Of a stretch of 64,000 nucleotides of DNA, positions 41,351-59,713 are shown piece by piece. This stretch comes from Eledone cirrhosa (lineage: Eukaryota), in assembly GCA_964016885.1 (NCBI GenBank), contig OZ024764.1, positions 3,162,001 to 3,226,000 of the forward strand, read 5' to 3'. The notes beneath the pieces are model-generated. The model searched no databases. It saw only the letters and a program-made list of their open reading frames with translations, and was not told the origin of the DNA. Every line of letters begins with the position of its first letter. The stretch's first letter is position 1. Both the position numbers and the translations under genes were made by a program.

Positions 41351-41499
41351 AAGTCAATAGACTAAAATTATACTTAGATTAACCCAGTGATTCTCAACTC
41401 CAGAGTTTAAGAATAATGTAAATAAAGTTGTTAAACGAAAATGACAGAGGTTTTTATGCATATACATATATATGCTTTGACGTCACCTTAAAAATAAAC

Positions 41500-43175
41500 G
41501 TAACCATGCCTCTCCTGGTCTTGATGGTGTTACGTACCTGCTTCTCAAACGTGGTGGGTACTTCCATCTACACCAGCTATCATGCTTCTTTCAATTCTGT
41601 CTGAACAACAGTGCTACTCCAGGACAGTGGAAAACTGCCAGTGTCATTCCTCTGTTCAAAAAGGGTGACCGTACATCACCTGTGAACTATCGTCCAGTCA
41701 GTCTTACTAGTTGCATTGCCAGACTGATGGAATCCTGTGTCAGAGAAACACTTTGGAACTTCTGGAACTCTCACAGTCTTATCCGGCCCTCGCAATTTGG
41801 ATTTATCCCTAACTCCAGCTGCTGTGATCAACTTATCAAGTTTCTTGAAGACATCACCCGGATCACTGATGGCGGCTCATGGGTGGATGTTGTTTACCTT
41901 GACTTTGCTAAAGCCTTCAATTCTGTGCCACACAAAAGACTTTTGCCAAAACTCTCTGCAATGGGTGTGAAGGATGATCTTTTTAAAAGGTTGAAGTCCT
42001 TCATTCTCAGTCGAAGAGAGGTAGTCACGGTTGTAGGACAGCATTCCTCACCGTATGAGATGTCATCTGGTGAACCACAGGGATTTGTTCTTGGCCCCCT
42101 TCTGTTTGTGGTATATATTAATGACATAGATGCCAAATTAAAGAATGCCACAGTACTGAAATATGCAGATGACATCAAGCTGTACCTTGAGATAAAAAGG
42201 ACAAATCCTGAACACTATAGATCTTGCTTGCAGTCTGACCTGGACACAATGCAACAATGGATCACGGACTGGCAACTCAAGCTAGCTGTGGACAAGTGCA
42301 CCACCATGCATTTTGGGAGCAAAACCCAGTGTCCACATACTCCCTCCACAGCACTAATATCAAGAAGTCTTCTTGTGAACGTGACCTAGGCATAACGGTC
42401 AGCAGTGATTTGTGTTGGACGAAGCACGTCTCTAAAATTGTCAAGAGGGCCAAGGCTGTCTTAGCATCACTCAGCAAGACCTTTGTCAGCCGCTCTCCAG
42501 ATATCTATTTAAGGCTGTACATGGCTATGGTGCGGCCACACTTGGAATTTGCATCACCAGTCTGGAACCCCTATCTTGCTCAGAACATTGACCTCCTGGA
42601 AACTGTTCAGAGACGTGCAACCAAGCGAATACCCTCCATCAGGCATCTACCAATCTCTGAACACCTTGCTTCCCTGGGCATGGATACATTGAAGCTCCGA
42701 CGTCTGGCAACTGACTTGGTAAACACCCACAAAATTATTAACCATCTTGCCAACAACAACCCTGAGCACCTTTTTGAATTCCATGTGTCTAACGCACGTG
42801 GACATGCCCACAAAGTCAGAAAACAGCACAGCTCCCATGAGTTTCGGAAACATTTTTTGACGCTTAGAGTTGCTGAAGCATGGAACAAACTTCCTGCATC
42901 AGTTGTTAGCTGTTGAGACACTGCATCCTTTAAAACCTCCATGGAACAAACTACCTGCATCAGTTGTTAACTGTCGAGACACTGCATCCTTTAAAACCTC
43001 CATACTTCCAGTAATTCACCAACACTACACCTAATGTTCCCCCTCCATACACACACACACATATATATCATGACTCATACACTATTCCCTGACATTTGTA
43101 CATTATTCTATCTACTATACATGCACCTTTGATGAGTTGTAGTGCACCTGAGCACTGTACACAATAATTTCATAA
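41500..43175 (+). pseudogene. 5'-truncated CR1-type LINE: reverse-transcriptase pseudogene + 3' UTR
   Basis: NYRPVSLTS, QFGF, YLDFAKAFNSV, GEPQGFVLGP, YADD, then RPHLEFASPVWNP and LETVQRRATK; frameshift in the A-run near 42321-42324; CGA>TGA stop at 42914. Confidence 0.92.
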
Positions 43176-43289
43176 TTTTTTTAATATATATATATATGTA
43201 TTTATGTATGCATATATATGTATGTGTTTGAGTATGTTGTATATATATATATGTGTGTGTATTTATGTATATACATGTGTATGTGTGAG

Positions 43290-44320
43290 TATAAGAGGAA
43301 TCAGATGTAATGTACAGGAGAGAAGAGTGCACTGGTATAGACATGTGATGTAGTGTGTAAGAGAGAAGACTGCATTGGTATGGACATGTGATGTAGTGTG
43401 TAAGAGAGAAGACTGCACTGGTATAGACATGTGATGTGATGTAGTGTGTAAGAGAGAAGACTGCATTGGTATGGACATGTGATGTAGTGTGTAAGAGAGA
43501 AGACTGCACTGGTATAGACATGTGATGTGATGTAGTGTGTAAGAGAGAAGACTGCATTGGTATGGACATGTGATGTAGTGTGTAAGAGAGAAGACTGCAC
43601 TGGTATAGACATGTGATGTGATGTAGTGTGTAAGAGAGAAGACTGCATTGGTATGGACATGTGATGTAGTGTGTAAGAGAGAAGACTGCACTGGTATAGA
43701 CATGTGATGTGATGTAGTGTGTAAGAGAGAAGACTGCACTGGTATGGACATGTGATGTAGTGTGTAAGAGAGAAGACTGCACTGGTATAGACATGTGATG
43801 TGATGTAGTGTGTAAGAGAGAAGACTGCACTGGTATGGACATGTGATGTAGTGTGTAAGAGAGAAGACTGCACTGGTATAGACATGTGATGTGATGTAGT
43901 GTGTAAGAGAGAAGACTGCACTGGTATGGACATGTGATGTAGTGTGTAAGAGAGAAGACTGCACTGGTATAGACATGTGATGTGATGTAGTGTGTAAGAG
44001 AGAAGACTGCACTGGTATGGACATGTGATGTAGTGTGTAAGAGAGAAGACTGCACTGGTATAGACATGTGATGTATAGACATGTGATGTATAGACATGTG
44101 ATGTATAGACATACCAGAAGGTGTCAGTGGAAGGAAGCTGCAGTCGAGGAAGACCTTGGCAGAGGTTGTCAGAGTAGATCTTAAATAGTTGTAGCTCATA
44201 CAGGGGGAATGTAATAAAATGGGTGAGGTGGAGGGGGGGGGGGGGGGTACTGTGTTGGAAAAGACTTGGTGGCCAATCGATGTAAGCAGGGGAAAACGGA
44301 TGTAAAAGTATGATGATAAT
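43290..44320 (+). mobile_element. RTE-clade LINE 3' fragment with a 43/48-bp alternating array (91-bp higher-order unit)
   Basis: Unit encodes VRE-RLHWYGHVM-like sequence; downstream EGVSGRK.SRKTLAEVVRVDL and GGATGTAAAA(TGA) tail. Confidence 0.82.
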
Positions 44321-44674
44321 GTATATATACATATACATACATACTTATATATACACACACACATTATATATATATATATATGTGTGTGTGTTTGTGTATA
44401 GTATAAGAGCACAGTCAGTAGAATTTAGTTTATTCAAGCTACATCTAATCCCTAAACATACATATATATATATATATATAAACGCACACACATATATATA
44501 TATATACATACATACATACATATATACATGCATATATACACACATATATACACACATATATATATACACACATATATATATACACACATATATATATACA
44601 CACAGTATGACAACACCATTATACAAATAAACTGTGTGAACATGTCAATATTTTCCTGTCTTATATTTCAAACA

Positions 44675-45994
44675 CACTACCACCACTACTACACCACCAC
44701 CACTACACCACCACCACTACACCACCACCACCACTACACCACCACTACTACACCACCACCACTACTACACCACCACCACTACTACACCACCACCACTACT
44801 ACACCACCACCACTACACCACCACCACCACTACACCACCACCACTACTACACCACCACCACTACTACACCACCACCACTACACCACCACCACCACTACAC
44901 CACCACCACCACTACACCACCACCACTACACCACCACCACCACTACACCACCACTACTACACCACCACCACTACTACACCACCACCACTACTACACCACC
45001 ACCACTACACCACCACCACCACTACACCACCACTACTACACCACCACCACTACTACACCACCACCACTACTACACCACCACCACTACTACACCACCACCA
45101 CTACACCACCACCACCACTACACCACCACCACTACTACACCACCACCACTACTACACCACCACCACTACACCACCACCACCACTACACCACCACCACCAC
45201 TACACCACCACCACTACACCACCACCACCACTACACCACCACCACTACACCACCACCACTACTACACCACCACCACTACTACACCACCACCACTACACCA
45301 CCACCACCACTACACCACCACTACTACACCACCACCACCACTACACCACCACCACCACTACACCACCACCACTACACCACCACCACCACTACACCACCAC
45401 TACTACACCACCACCACTACTACACCACCACCACCACTACACCACCACCACCGCCACCACCAACACGACCACTACACCACCACCACTACTACACCACCAC
45501 CACTACACCACCACCACCACTACACCACCACCACCACTACACCACCACCACTACACCACCACCAGAACCACTACACCACCACCACACCACCACCACTACG
45601 CCACCACCACTACGCCAGCACCACCGCCACCACCACACCACCACTACACCACCACCACTACACCAGCACCACTGCCACCACCAACACCACCACCACACCA
45701 ACACCACCACCACTACACCAGCACCACCGCCACCACCAACACCACCACCACACCACCACCACTACACCACTACACCACCACCACACCACCACCACTACAC
45801 CACCACTACACCACTACACCACCACTACACCACCACCACTACACCAGCACCACCACCACCACCAACACCACTACACCACCACCACTACACCAGCACCACC
45901 GCCACCACCAACACCACCACCACTACACCACCACCACACCACCACACCACCACTACACCACTACACCACTATGCCACTACACCACCACCACTAC

Positions 45995-46025
<31 letters not shown>

Positions 46026-49000
46026 CACCACCACTGCACCAGCACCACCAACACCACCACTACACCACCACCACTACACCACCACCACTACACCACCACC
46101 ACTACACCACCACCACTACACCACCGCCACTACACCACCACCACTACACCACCACCACTACACCACCACTACACCACCACCACTACACCACCGCCACTAC
46201 ACCAGCACCACCACCACCACCAACACCACTACACCACCACCACTACACCACCACCACTACACCAGCACCACCGCCACTACACCAGCACCACCACCACCAC
46301 CACCACCACTACACCACCACCACTACACCAGCACCACCACCAACACCACTACACCACCACCACTACACCACCACCACTACACCAGCACCACCGCCACTAC
46401 ACCAGCACCACCACCACCACCACCACCACTACACCAGCACCACCGCCACTACACCAGCACCACCACCACCACCACCACTACACCACCACCACTACACCAG
46501 CACCACCGCCACCACCAACACCACCACCGCTACACCATCACTACACCACCACCACACCACCACACCACCACTACACCACTACGCCACTACACCACCACCA
46601 CTACACCACCACTACACCACCACACCACCACTACACCAGCACCATCACCAACACCACCACCACTACACCACCACCACTACACCAGCACCACCGCCACCAC
46701 CAACACCACCACCACACCACCACCACCACACCACCACTACACCACTACACCAGCACCACCACCACCACCATACCACCACTACACCACTACACCACCACTA
46801 CACCACCACCACCACCACCACTACACCACCACCACTACACCACCACCACACCACCACCACACCACCACCACACCACCACACCACTACCACCACCACCACT
46901 ACACCACCACCACCACACCACCACCACTACACCACCACCACCACTACACCACCACACCACCACTACACCACCACCACACCACCACCACACCACCACCACA
47001 CCACCACACCACTACCACCACCACCACCACCACCACCACCACTACACCACCACCACTACACCACCACCACACCACCACCACACCACCACCACACCACCAC
47101 ACCACTACCATCACCACCACTACACCACCACCACCACACCACCACTACACCACCACCACCACACCACCACACCACTACCACCACCACCACTACACCACCA
47201 CCACCACCACCACCACACCACTACCACCACCACCACTACACCACCACCACCACACCACCACTACACCACCACCACCACACCACCACACCACTACCACCAC
47301 CACCACTACACCACCACCACCACCACCACCACTACACCACCACCACTACACCACCACCACACCACCACCACACCACCACCACACCACCACTACACCACCA
47401 CACCACCACTACACCACCACCACTACACCACCACCACACCACCACCACACCACCACACCACCACCACACCACCACTACACCACCACACCACCACTACACC
47501 ACCACCACCACCACACCACCACTACCACCACCACCACTACACCACCACCACCACCACCACCACTACACCACCACCACTACACCACCACCACACCACCACA
47601 CCACTACCACCACCACCACTACACCACCACCACCACCACCACCACTACACCACCACCACTACACCACCACCACACCACCACCACACCACCACACCACCAC
47701 CACACCACCACCACCACTACACCACCACCACTACACCACCACCACACCACCACACCACTACCACCACCACCACACCACCACCACCACCACCACCACCACC
47801 ACCACTACACCACCACCACCACCACCACTACACCACCACTACACCACCACCACCACCAACACCACTACACCACCACCACCACACCACCACACCACTACCA
47901 CCACCACCACTACACCACCACCACCACAACTACACCACCACCACCACCACCACCAACACCACTACACCACCACCACCACACCACCACACCACTACCACCA
48001 CTACACCACCACCACCACACCACGACTACTACACCACCACCACACCACCACCACACCACCACTACACCACCACACCACCACCACACCACCACCACCACCA
48101 CCACACCACCACCACCACCACACCACCACACCACCACCACACCACCACTACACCACCACACCACCACACCACCACCACACCACCACCACCACCACACCAC
48201 CACACCACCACCACACCACCACCACACCACCACACCACCACACCACCACCACTACACCACTACACCACCACCACTACACCACCACCACACCACCACCACT
48301 ACACCACCACCACCACACCACCACACCACTACCACCACCACCACTACACCACCACCACCACCACACCACCACCACACCACCACCACACCACCTCTACTAC
48401 ACCACCACCACACCACCACCACACCACCACTACACCACCACACCACCACTACACCACCACACCACCACTACACCACCACTACACCACCACCACTACACCA
48501 CCACACCACCACCACACCACCACTACACCACCACCACCACCACCACTACACCACCACACCACCACTACACCACCACCACCACCACCACCACCACTACACC
48601 ACCACTACACCACCACCACCACCACCACCACTACACCACCACCACACCACCACACCACACCACCACTACACCACCACCACCACCACCACTACACCACCAC
48701 ACCACCACTACACCACCACCACCACCACCACCACTACACCACCACCACCACCACACCACCACACCACCACCACCACCACCACTACACTACCACCACACCA
48801 CCACACCACACCACCACTACACCACCACCACCACTACCACCACTACACCACCACCACACCACCACACCACACCACCACTACACCACCACCACCACCACCA
48901 CACCACCACCACCACCACCACTACACCACCACCACCACACCACCACTACACCACCACCACCACCACCACACCACCACCACACCACCACTACACCACCACC

Positions 49001-49474
49001 ACACCACCACTACACCACCACCACACCACCACTACACCACCACCACACCACACCACACCACCACTACACCACCACCACCACCACCACTACACCACCACAC
49101 CACCACTACACCAGCACCGCACCACCACCACACCACCACACCACACCACCACCACACCACCACCACCACCACCACTACACCACCACCACACCACCACACC
49201 ACCACTACACCACCACCACCACCACCACACCACCACCACCACCACCACTACACCACCACCACCACACCACCACTACACCACTACCACCACCACCACACCA
49301 CCACCACACCACCACTACACCACCACCACACCACCACTACACCACCACCACACCACCACCACACCACCACCACCACCACACCACCACACCACACCACCAC
49401 CACACCACCACTACACCACCACCACCACCACTACACCACCACCACCACACCACCACTACACCACCACCACCACC
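44675..49474. repeat. ~4.8-kb degenerate (CAC/CCA/CTACA)n low-complexity array
   Basis: Almost only C and A on the plus strand; no stop codons arise, which produces the spurious 1673-aa ORF. Confidence 0.95.
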
Positions 49475-49534
49475 CTCACAGCCAAGGCAACAAGCCAGAG
49501 TCATCATTACTCACCCATAGAGACAGCCGGTGAT

Positions 49535-51870
<2,336 letters not shown>

Positions 51871-52064
51871 ATAATTAGCAGTATTTTTACATCCACTTTG
51901 CTTGCACGAGTGGCTCGGATTATCACTGTTTGATACGGGGTGGGTTGCTATGACATCATCTCTCTCCCTTACTTTCTATTTTGGCATGGGCCTTAATGGC
52001 TGGATCCTACTCCTAGTGCCAACCACAATGGCTGTGTTTTTGCACTGGGAATGTTTTATTGTGG

Positions 52065-54880
52065 CAGGGAAAAGTGGATGTAAAATGCAAGGGTGGGACA
52101 GGTCCTATTCAGCACAGCATCTCCCACTTGTCACGGTCCTTCGTCATCTCCTCTGTGAACTTCGGTGATCTGAGGTCTGCTCTCACCACCTCCGCCCATG
52201 ATTTTCGTGGTCTTCCTCTACTGCGTCTTCCTTCTACTCGGATTTCTTGGCACTTCTTTACCCAGTGGTCATCCTCCGTGTAAATCACATGTCCATACCA
52301 TCTCAGTCTTCTGTCCCACACACTACAGTTTATCCCCCTTATACACAGTTTCTCTCTCAACACATCACATGTCCATACCATCTCAGTCTTCTCTCCCACA
52401 CACCACAACTTATCCCTCTTATACCCAGTTTCTCTCTCAACACATCACATGTCCATACCATCTCAGTCTTCTCTCCCACACACTACAACTTATCCCTCTT
52501 ATACCCAGTTTCTCTCTCAACACATCACATGTCCATACCATCTCAGTCTTCTCTCCCACACCACAACTTATCCCTCTTATACACAGTTTCTCTCTCAACA
52601 CATCACATGTCCATACCATCTCAGTCTTCTCTCCCACACCACAACTTATCCCTCTTATACACAGTTTCTCTCTCAACACATCACATGTCCATACCATCTC
52701 AGTCTTCTCTCCCACACACCACAACTTATCCCTCTTATACACAGTTTCTCTCTCAACACATCACATGTCCATACCATCTCAGTCTTCTCTCCCACACCAC
52801 AACTTATCCCTCTTATACACAGTTTCTCTCACAACACATCACATGTCCATACCATCTCAGTCTTCTCTCCCACACCACAACTTATCCCTCTTATACACAG
52901 TTTCTCTCTCAACACATCACATGTCCATACCATCTCAGTCTTCTCTCCCACACACCACAACTTATCCCTCTTATACACAGTTTCTCTCTCAACACATCAC
53001 ATGTCCATACCATCTCAGTCTTCTCTCCCACACCACAACTTATCCCTCTTATACACAGTTTCTCTCTCAACACATCACATGTCCATACCATCTCAGTCTT
53101 CTCTCCCACACACCACAACTTATCCCTCTTATACACAGTTTCTCTCTCAACACATCACATGTCCATACCATCGCAGTCTTCTCTCCCACACACCACAACT
53201 TATCCCTCTTATACACAGTTTCTCTCTCAACACATCACATGTCCATACCATCTCAGTCTTCTCTCCCACACCACAACTTATCCCTCTTATACACAGTTTC
53301 TCTCACAACACATCACATGTCCATACCATCTCAGTCTTCTCTCCCACACCACAACTTATCCCTCTTATACACAGTTTCTCTCTCAACACATCACATGTCC
53401 ATACCATCTCAGTCTTCTCTCCCACACACCACAACTTATCCCTCTTATACACAGTTTCTCTCTCAACACATCACATGTCCATACCATCTCAGTCTTCTCT
53501 CCCACACACCACAACTTATCCCTCTTATACACAGTTTCTCTCTCAACACATCACATGTCCATACCATCTCAGTCTTCTCTCCCACACCACAACTTATCCC
53601 TCTTATACACAGTTTCTCTCTCAACACATCACATGTCCATACCATCTCAGTCTTCTCTCCCACACACCACAACTTATCCCTCTTATACACAGTTTCTCTC
53701 TCAACACATCACATGTCCATACCATCGCAGTCTTCTCTCCCACACACCACAACTTATCCCTCTTATACACAGTTTCTCTCTCAACACATCACATGTCCAT
53801 ACCATCTCAGTCTTCTCTCCCACACACCACAACTTATCCCTCTTATACACAGTTTCTCTCTCAACACATCACATGTCCATACCATCTCAGTCTTCTCTCC
53901 CACACACCACAACTTATCCCTCTTATACACAGTTTCTCTCTCAACACATCACATGTCCATACCAACACAGTCTTCTCTCCTGTACACCACAACTTATCCC
54001 TCTTATACACAGTTTCTCTCTCAACACATCACATGTCCATACCATCTCAGTCTTCTCTCCCACACACCACAACTTATCCCTCTTATACACAGTTTCTCTC
54101 TCAACACATCACATGTCCATACCATCGCAGTCTTCTCTCCCACACACCACAACTTATCCCTCTTATACACAGTTTCTCTCTCAACACACCACATGTCCAT
54201 ACCATCTCAGTCTTCTCTCCCACACCACAACTTATCCCTCTTATACACAGTTTCTCTCTCAACACATCACATGTCCATACCATCTCAGTCTTCTCTCCCA
54301 CACACCACAACTTATCCCTCTTATACACAGTTTCTCTCTCAACACATCACATGTCCATACCATCGCAGTCTTCTCTCCCACACACCACAACTTATCCCTC
54401 TTATACACAGTTTCTCTCTCAACACATCACATGTCCATACCATCTCAGTCTTCTCTCCCACACACCACAACTTATCCCTCTTATACACAGTTTCTCTCTC
54501 AACACATCACATGTCCATACCATCTCAGTCTTCTCTCCCACACACCACAACTTATCCCTCTTATACACAGTTTCTCTCTCAACACATCACATGTCCATAC
54601 CAACACAGTCTTCTCTCCTGTACACCACAGCTTATCCCTCTTATACACAGTTTCTCTCTCAACACATCACATGTCCATACCATCTCAGTCTTCTCTCCCA
54701 CACACCACAACTTATCCCTCTTATACACAGTTTCTCTCTCAACACATTCACGCTGGGTCGTTCACGCACATCGACAATGCACATCCAACGGAGCATGCTT
54801 GCTTCATTTCTCTCCAGCTGTCGCATATCCTCTGTAGTTGCTGCCCTTGTCTCACTGCCATGCAACATCACACATCTCAC
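52065..54880 (-). mobile_element. RTE-clade LINE 3' fragment with an internal 78/80-bp array (~31 units, 52280-54745)
   Basis: MLHGSETRAATTEDMRQLERNEASMLRWMC...[27 protein letters not shown], then EGRRSRGRPRKSWAEVVRADL...DRDKW. Confidence 0.9.
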
Positions 54881-54910
54881 ACATATATATATATATGTGT
54901 GTGTGTGTGT

Positions 54911-55020
54911 GGAGGTGTGCGGCCTAGTGGTAAGGGTGTTGGGACTTACGATCATAATGTTGTGGGTTTGATTCCTGGGTTGTGTGTTGTGTTCTTGAGC
55001 AAAACACTTCATTTCACTGG
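54911..55020 (+). mobile_element. Old tRNA-head/CORE SINE fragment
   Basis: GGCCTAGTGGTAAG A box, GGTTTGATTCC B box, CTTGAGCAAAACACTT. Confidence 0.6.
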
Positions 55021-55134
55021 CCAAATGAGCCTTCTGACTTAAGAAGGATGTTAGACAGATTTTAGACTTTATATATATATATATATACATATATGATATT
55101 AAATAAATGGAAACTATATTTATAAAACCATATT

Positions 55135-55200
55135 TATTTCGTTATATATATTTCAGGGATATCATATTAACAATATGTTATGCCATCTTCAGACAAAATA
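55135..55200 (-). ncRNA. Type I hammerhead ribozyme motif (CUGAAGA core) in a one-armed element (55095-55240)
   Basis: UAUUUUGU-CUGAAGA-UGGCAUAACAUAU(UGUUA)AUAUGAUAUCCCU-GAAA-UAUAUA-UA^ACGAAAUA. Confidence 0.65.
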
Positions 55201-55468
55201 CAATATAAACAGTCTTATAAATAAATAGATACGACATACCTTTCAATCACCTTGCATTTGGGAGGTTGATTTGGCAGTAAAAAATATTGTGGACAGTTGT
55301 AAAAAGAAAGAGATAAAGAGAGAAAGAAAGAGAAACGAAGAAAAAGAAGAAATGCATGTGACTAAATAGAGGGATAAAGAGAAGAACTTCATGTAAAGAA
55401 ACAGAGAGAAATATATATAGAGAGAGGAAAATACATATATATATATATATATATATATGTGTATACAA

Positions 55469-55522
<54 letters not shown>

Positions 55523-55524
55523 AT

Positions 55525-55755
55525 TCAGGACTGGAAGTTGTGGTACCAACATAGCTTTACATCGAAAGGGGTGGTGATGGTGGGAGTGGGGGGATGGCGT
55601 GTATATTTGGTTAAGAGGTGCCTACTGACTGTAGGTTTCATTCTGTACATAAGCAAGGCTGGTCTTCTGTTTTATTGCGTGGTGCCAAAGATCTCGCTCC
55701 AGTGACATTGTCTTAGAGAGGTGTAAGTGTGTAAGGTCGGAATTTATCAAATCAT
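55525..55755 (-). mobile_element. RTE-clade LINE fragment
   Basis: Homologous to 11225-11445. Confidence 0.75.
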
Positions 55756-56319
55756 CATATATATGTGTGTGTGTGTGTGTAAAGTGTTCGTTTTGGTGCC
55801 TCGATTAAAAGCACCAGGCCCATAGTGAAAGACAGACAGTCCCATCTCCTCAGTTAACCTCTGGAAATCACTATAGTTTTGGTTCATTAAGGTCGATACT
55901 CTTCATTCCAGTAGACATTGGGATATAACAAAACAGGTAGAGACATGTTATATACCTTTAGGTGAGTTACACAAATATAAAGTGTACAAGGGGTTAGCCA
56001 GAGGAGAGAAATAGTAAAATATATATATATATATATATATTATGTACACAAATTAAATGTTTAAGCAAACAATTTCAGCTTTCACACTTATGCAGTATCT
56101 TTTGAAAGTCAGATGATATATGTATCATCATCATCAGCATCATCATCATCACCGTTTAATGTCCATTTTCCACACTAGCATGGGTTAGAGGGTTTGTCCC
56201 ATTTGAGGTAAGTTTAGGTCAGGTGACCATCTCTTGCCCATACACAACTGATTTTCGCTTGTTTTCTATTTATATATCATCATCATCATTATGTCCGCTT
56301 TTTTCCATCCGTTAAGTGC

Positions 56320-56359
<40 letters not shown>

Positions 56360-56680
56360 ATGTATTAACCCCCCACCCCCCGGCTGCCATTAAACTATTT
56401 TTTTTTTAAAGAGGTATTAGTATTAACACTTTAGCATTTAAACCAGCCATAATTCTCTCACCTCCACCACACCACCTCCACACCACCACCACCACCACCA
56501 CCACCATCACCACCACCACCGTCTATTACTACCCCCCACCTCCACCCACCACCGGCTATTGCTACCTCCACTCCACCACTGCTCTATAATTTACATAATT
56601 TATGAGGGTTAAAGTCTGTTTTTCAGATGGATGTGTTAGGCTGTAGATTATTGGAGGGAGTCTCACACACACACACACAC

Positions 56681-56737
<57 letters not shown>

Positions 56738-56859
56738 CACAGTTGTCACCTACCAGGCTTCAGCAAAAACTTTGTGAAGCCTGGTGACGATGGTTACAAC
56801 CTTAAAATTCATAGCGAAACGCCTTCAAATGTGTTTCATAAATATCCAATATATTATTC

Positions 56860-57418
56860 ATCCAGTCCACACTGTAAAGTGGTCATGTAGGAGACATGTC
56901 AAAAAGTACCCAGTCCACACTGTAAAGTGGTCATGTAGGAGACATGTCAAAAAGTACCCAGTCCACACTGTAAAGTGGTCATGTAGGTGTCACAACAAAA
57001 AGTACGCAGTCCACACTGTAAAGTGGTCATGTAGGTGTCACAATAAAAAGTACCCAGTCCACACTGTAAAGTGGTCATGTAGGAGACATTTCAAAAAGTA
57101 CCCAGTCCACACTGTAAAGTGGTCATGTAGGTACCACAATAAAAAGCACCCAGTCTACACTGTAATGTGGTCATGTAGGTATCACAACAAAAAGTACCCA
57201 GTCCACACTGTAAAGTGGTCATGTAGGAGACATGACAAAAATTACCCAGTCCACACTATAAAGTGGTCATGTAGGAGACATGACAAAAAGTACCCAGTCC
57301 ACACTGTAAAGTGGTCATGTAGGTGTCACAACAAAAAGTACCCAGTCCACACTGTAAAGTTGTCATGTAGGTGTCACAACAAACAACACCCAGTCCACAC
57401 TATAAAGTGGTCATTTAT
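56860..57418. repeat. 48-bp tandem array (~11 units), reverse orientation of the 9050-10320 unit
   Basis: Unit CCAGTCCACACTGTAAAGTGGTCATGTAGG(A/T)G...AAAAAGTAC. Confidence 0.93.
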
Positions 57419-57705
57419 ACTATAAACGTGGTTTTGTCTTTGCGTGTAATTGTTTTCACCACTCCAAATTATGACGTATTATCTTCGTTTTTTTCCGTTC
57501 TTTGCCAGGGAACGTCTCCACGAACCAAAGTATCGTCTTCCTGTCTTCCTCCTGTTGCAACGTTTTTTGAAATATTTACTTCTTCGTTCACAGATTGACT
57601 TTGTTAGTTTCAGAAGATCCCGTTAAGGGTGAAAGCAGCGATTCTTTGCTTAAACTTTAATCTGTTATTTTAATAAATATATATATGTATGTATGTATGT
57701 ATATA

Positions 57706-57736
<31 letters not shown>

Positions 57737-57824
57737 CATAAATTAAGAATGAACAACTATCTTGCTCAGGATATCCTGCTGGTTGGTTTTGCCCATAAAA
57801 TCTGTCTAAATATTCTTTACTGAG

Positions 57825-58716
57825 ATATTCTAACCACATATCAGTAGTATCAGAGCTGTGATCTCTCAATTCAGATATTCTTTCCTGAGACATTCTAACC
57901 ACATGTCTGTAGTATCAGAGCTGTGATCTCCCAATTCAGAGATTCTCTCCTGAGACATTCTAATCACAAGTGTATAGTATCAGAGCTGTGATCTCTCAAT
58001 CCAGAGATTCTCTCCTGAGACATTCTAACCACATGCCTGTAGTATCAGAGCTGTGATCTCTCAATTTAGAGATTCTTTCCTGAGACATTCTAACCACATG
58101 TCTGTAGTATCACAGCTGTGATCTCTCAATTCAGAGATTCTTTCCTGAGACATTCTAACCACATGTCTGTAGTATCAGAGCTGTGATCTCTCAATTCAGA
58201 GATTCTTTCCTCAGACATTCTAACCACATGTCTGTAGTATCAGAGCTGTGATCTCTCAATTCAGAGATTCTTTCCTCAGACATTCTAACCACATGTCTGT
58301 AGTATCAGAGCTGTGGTCTCTCAATTCAGAGATTCTTTCCTGAGACATTCTAACCACATGTCTGTAGTATCAGAGCTGTGATCTCTCAATCCAAAGATTC
58401 TCTCCTCAGACATTCTAACCACATGTCTGTAGTATCAGAACTGTGATCTCTCAATTCAGAGATTCTTTCCTCAGACATTCTAACCACATGTCTGTAGTAT
58501 CAGAGCTGTGATCTCTCAATTCAGAGATTCTTTCCTCAGACATTCTAACCACATGTCTGTAGTATCAGAGCTGTGATCTCTCAATTCACAGATTCTTTCC
58601 TCAGACATTCTAACCACATGTCTGTAGTATCAGAGCTGTGGTCTCTCAATTCAGAGATTCTTTCCTGAGATATTCTAACCACATGTCTGTAGGATCAGAG
58701 CTGTGATCTCTCAATT
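57825..58716. repeat. 65-bp tandem array (~14 units)
   Basis: Unit TTCTAACCACATGTCTGTAGTATCAGAGCTGTGATCTCTCAATTCAGAGATTCTTTCCTGAGACA. Confidence 0.95.
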
Positions 58717-58922
58717 TATAGAAGTAGTGCTTCTTTAATCTGTTGTTCATAATTCCTCATAAATCTGTCTTTATGTCATAAACATAAATCTATTTGTTGG
58801 TAATAAAAGATATAAATATATATATGTGTGTGTGTGTAAAAGATAAACAGAAATAACAACACAATTGGTACAGTATATGGAAGGGATATATTAGGTTAAC
58901 GCTTGATATAGCAGGAAGAGGG

Positions 58923-58958
58923 TCTTAATGTTTCGGACGCTACTCCTTCATCAGAAGA
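58923..58958 (-). ncRNA. Degenerate minimal hammerhead motif (separate family)
   Basis: UCUU-CUGAUGA-A-GGA(GUAGCG)UCC-GAAA-CA-UU^AAGA; neighbouring 58985-59050 has an inverted homolog at ~37665-37730. Confidence 0.5.
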
Positions 58959-59174
58959 AAATATATTTGTGCAGGTGCAGTGGCTATCGATAGATAGTAT
59001 TAGCAACTGGGAAGGCCAATGGAAACGTTGTTTCCTTGGTCCGATTTGACAAGCTCCACCCCATTTGTTAAGCGAATGAGGTCTGAGATCTTGTCAATCG
59101 ACTGTCATATATATATATATATACACAATATATTAATAAATGGAAACTATATTTATAAAACCATATTTCTCTTA

Positions 59175-59503
59175 TTAGTGGTTAGAGCATTGGCCTGGCA
59201 ATCGAAAGGTTGTGAGTTCAATTCTCAGACCGGGTGATGTGTTGTTTCCTTGAGCAAGACACTTTATTTCACATTGCTCCAGTTTACTCAGCTGTAGAAA
59301 TGAGATGATAGGGAGTGGGGTCCCTATCATTCCACACTAAAGTGGTCGTGGAGGTGCCACGGCAAAAAAGCACCCAACACTCACTGTAAATGAGGTTGGT
59401 GTTAGGAAGGGCATCCAGCTGTAGAAATCAAGCCAGAATCAGTTCCCGTCCCACCCTTGCAAGCAGGGAAAAAGCGGACTTAAAACGAAATGATGATGAT
59501 GAT
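59175..59503 (+). mobile_element. CORE-type SINE copy
   Basis: Match to the 5930 family, slightly 5'-truncated, (ATG)n tail. Confidence 0.87.
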
Positions 59504-59713
59504 TTCAAGGGCGAACAAGGTAAATTATGGTGTGCTTTCATCAGATAAAATATAAATTTGTTATATAAATAAATATTGACATACCCGGGAAAAAGACAAT
59601 CTCAACTGTTGAAATCTGCTGGATATATCTATCTATATCACTATCCAGCACATTTCAACCGTTGAGGTTGTCTTTTTTTCCGGGTATGTCAATATTTGTT
59701 TATAAAACATCTG

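Noticed and set aside
41682-42916. Functional reverse transcriptase
   Set aside because: It is 5'-truncated with no endonuclease domain, has a frameshift near 42322, a premature TGA at 42914 and substitutions in the GVPQGS motif.
52198-55042. Three overlapping 840-931-aa ORFs
   Set aside because: They are antisense frames of an RTE-derived 78/80-bp array; being open in all three frames indicates low-complexity repeat, not coding.
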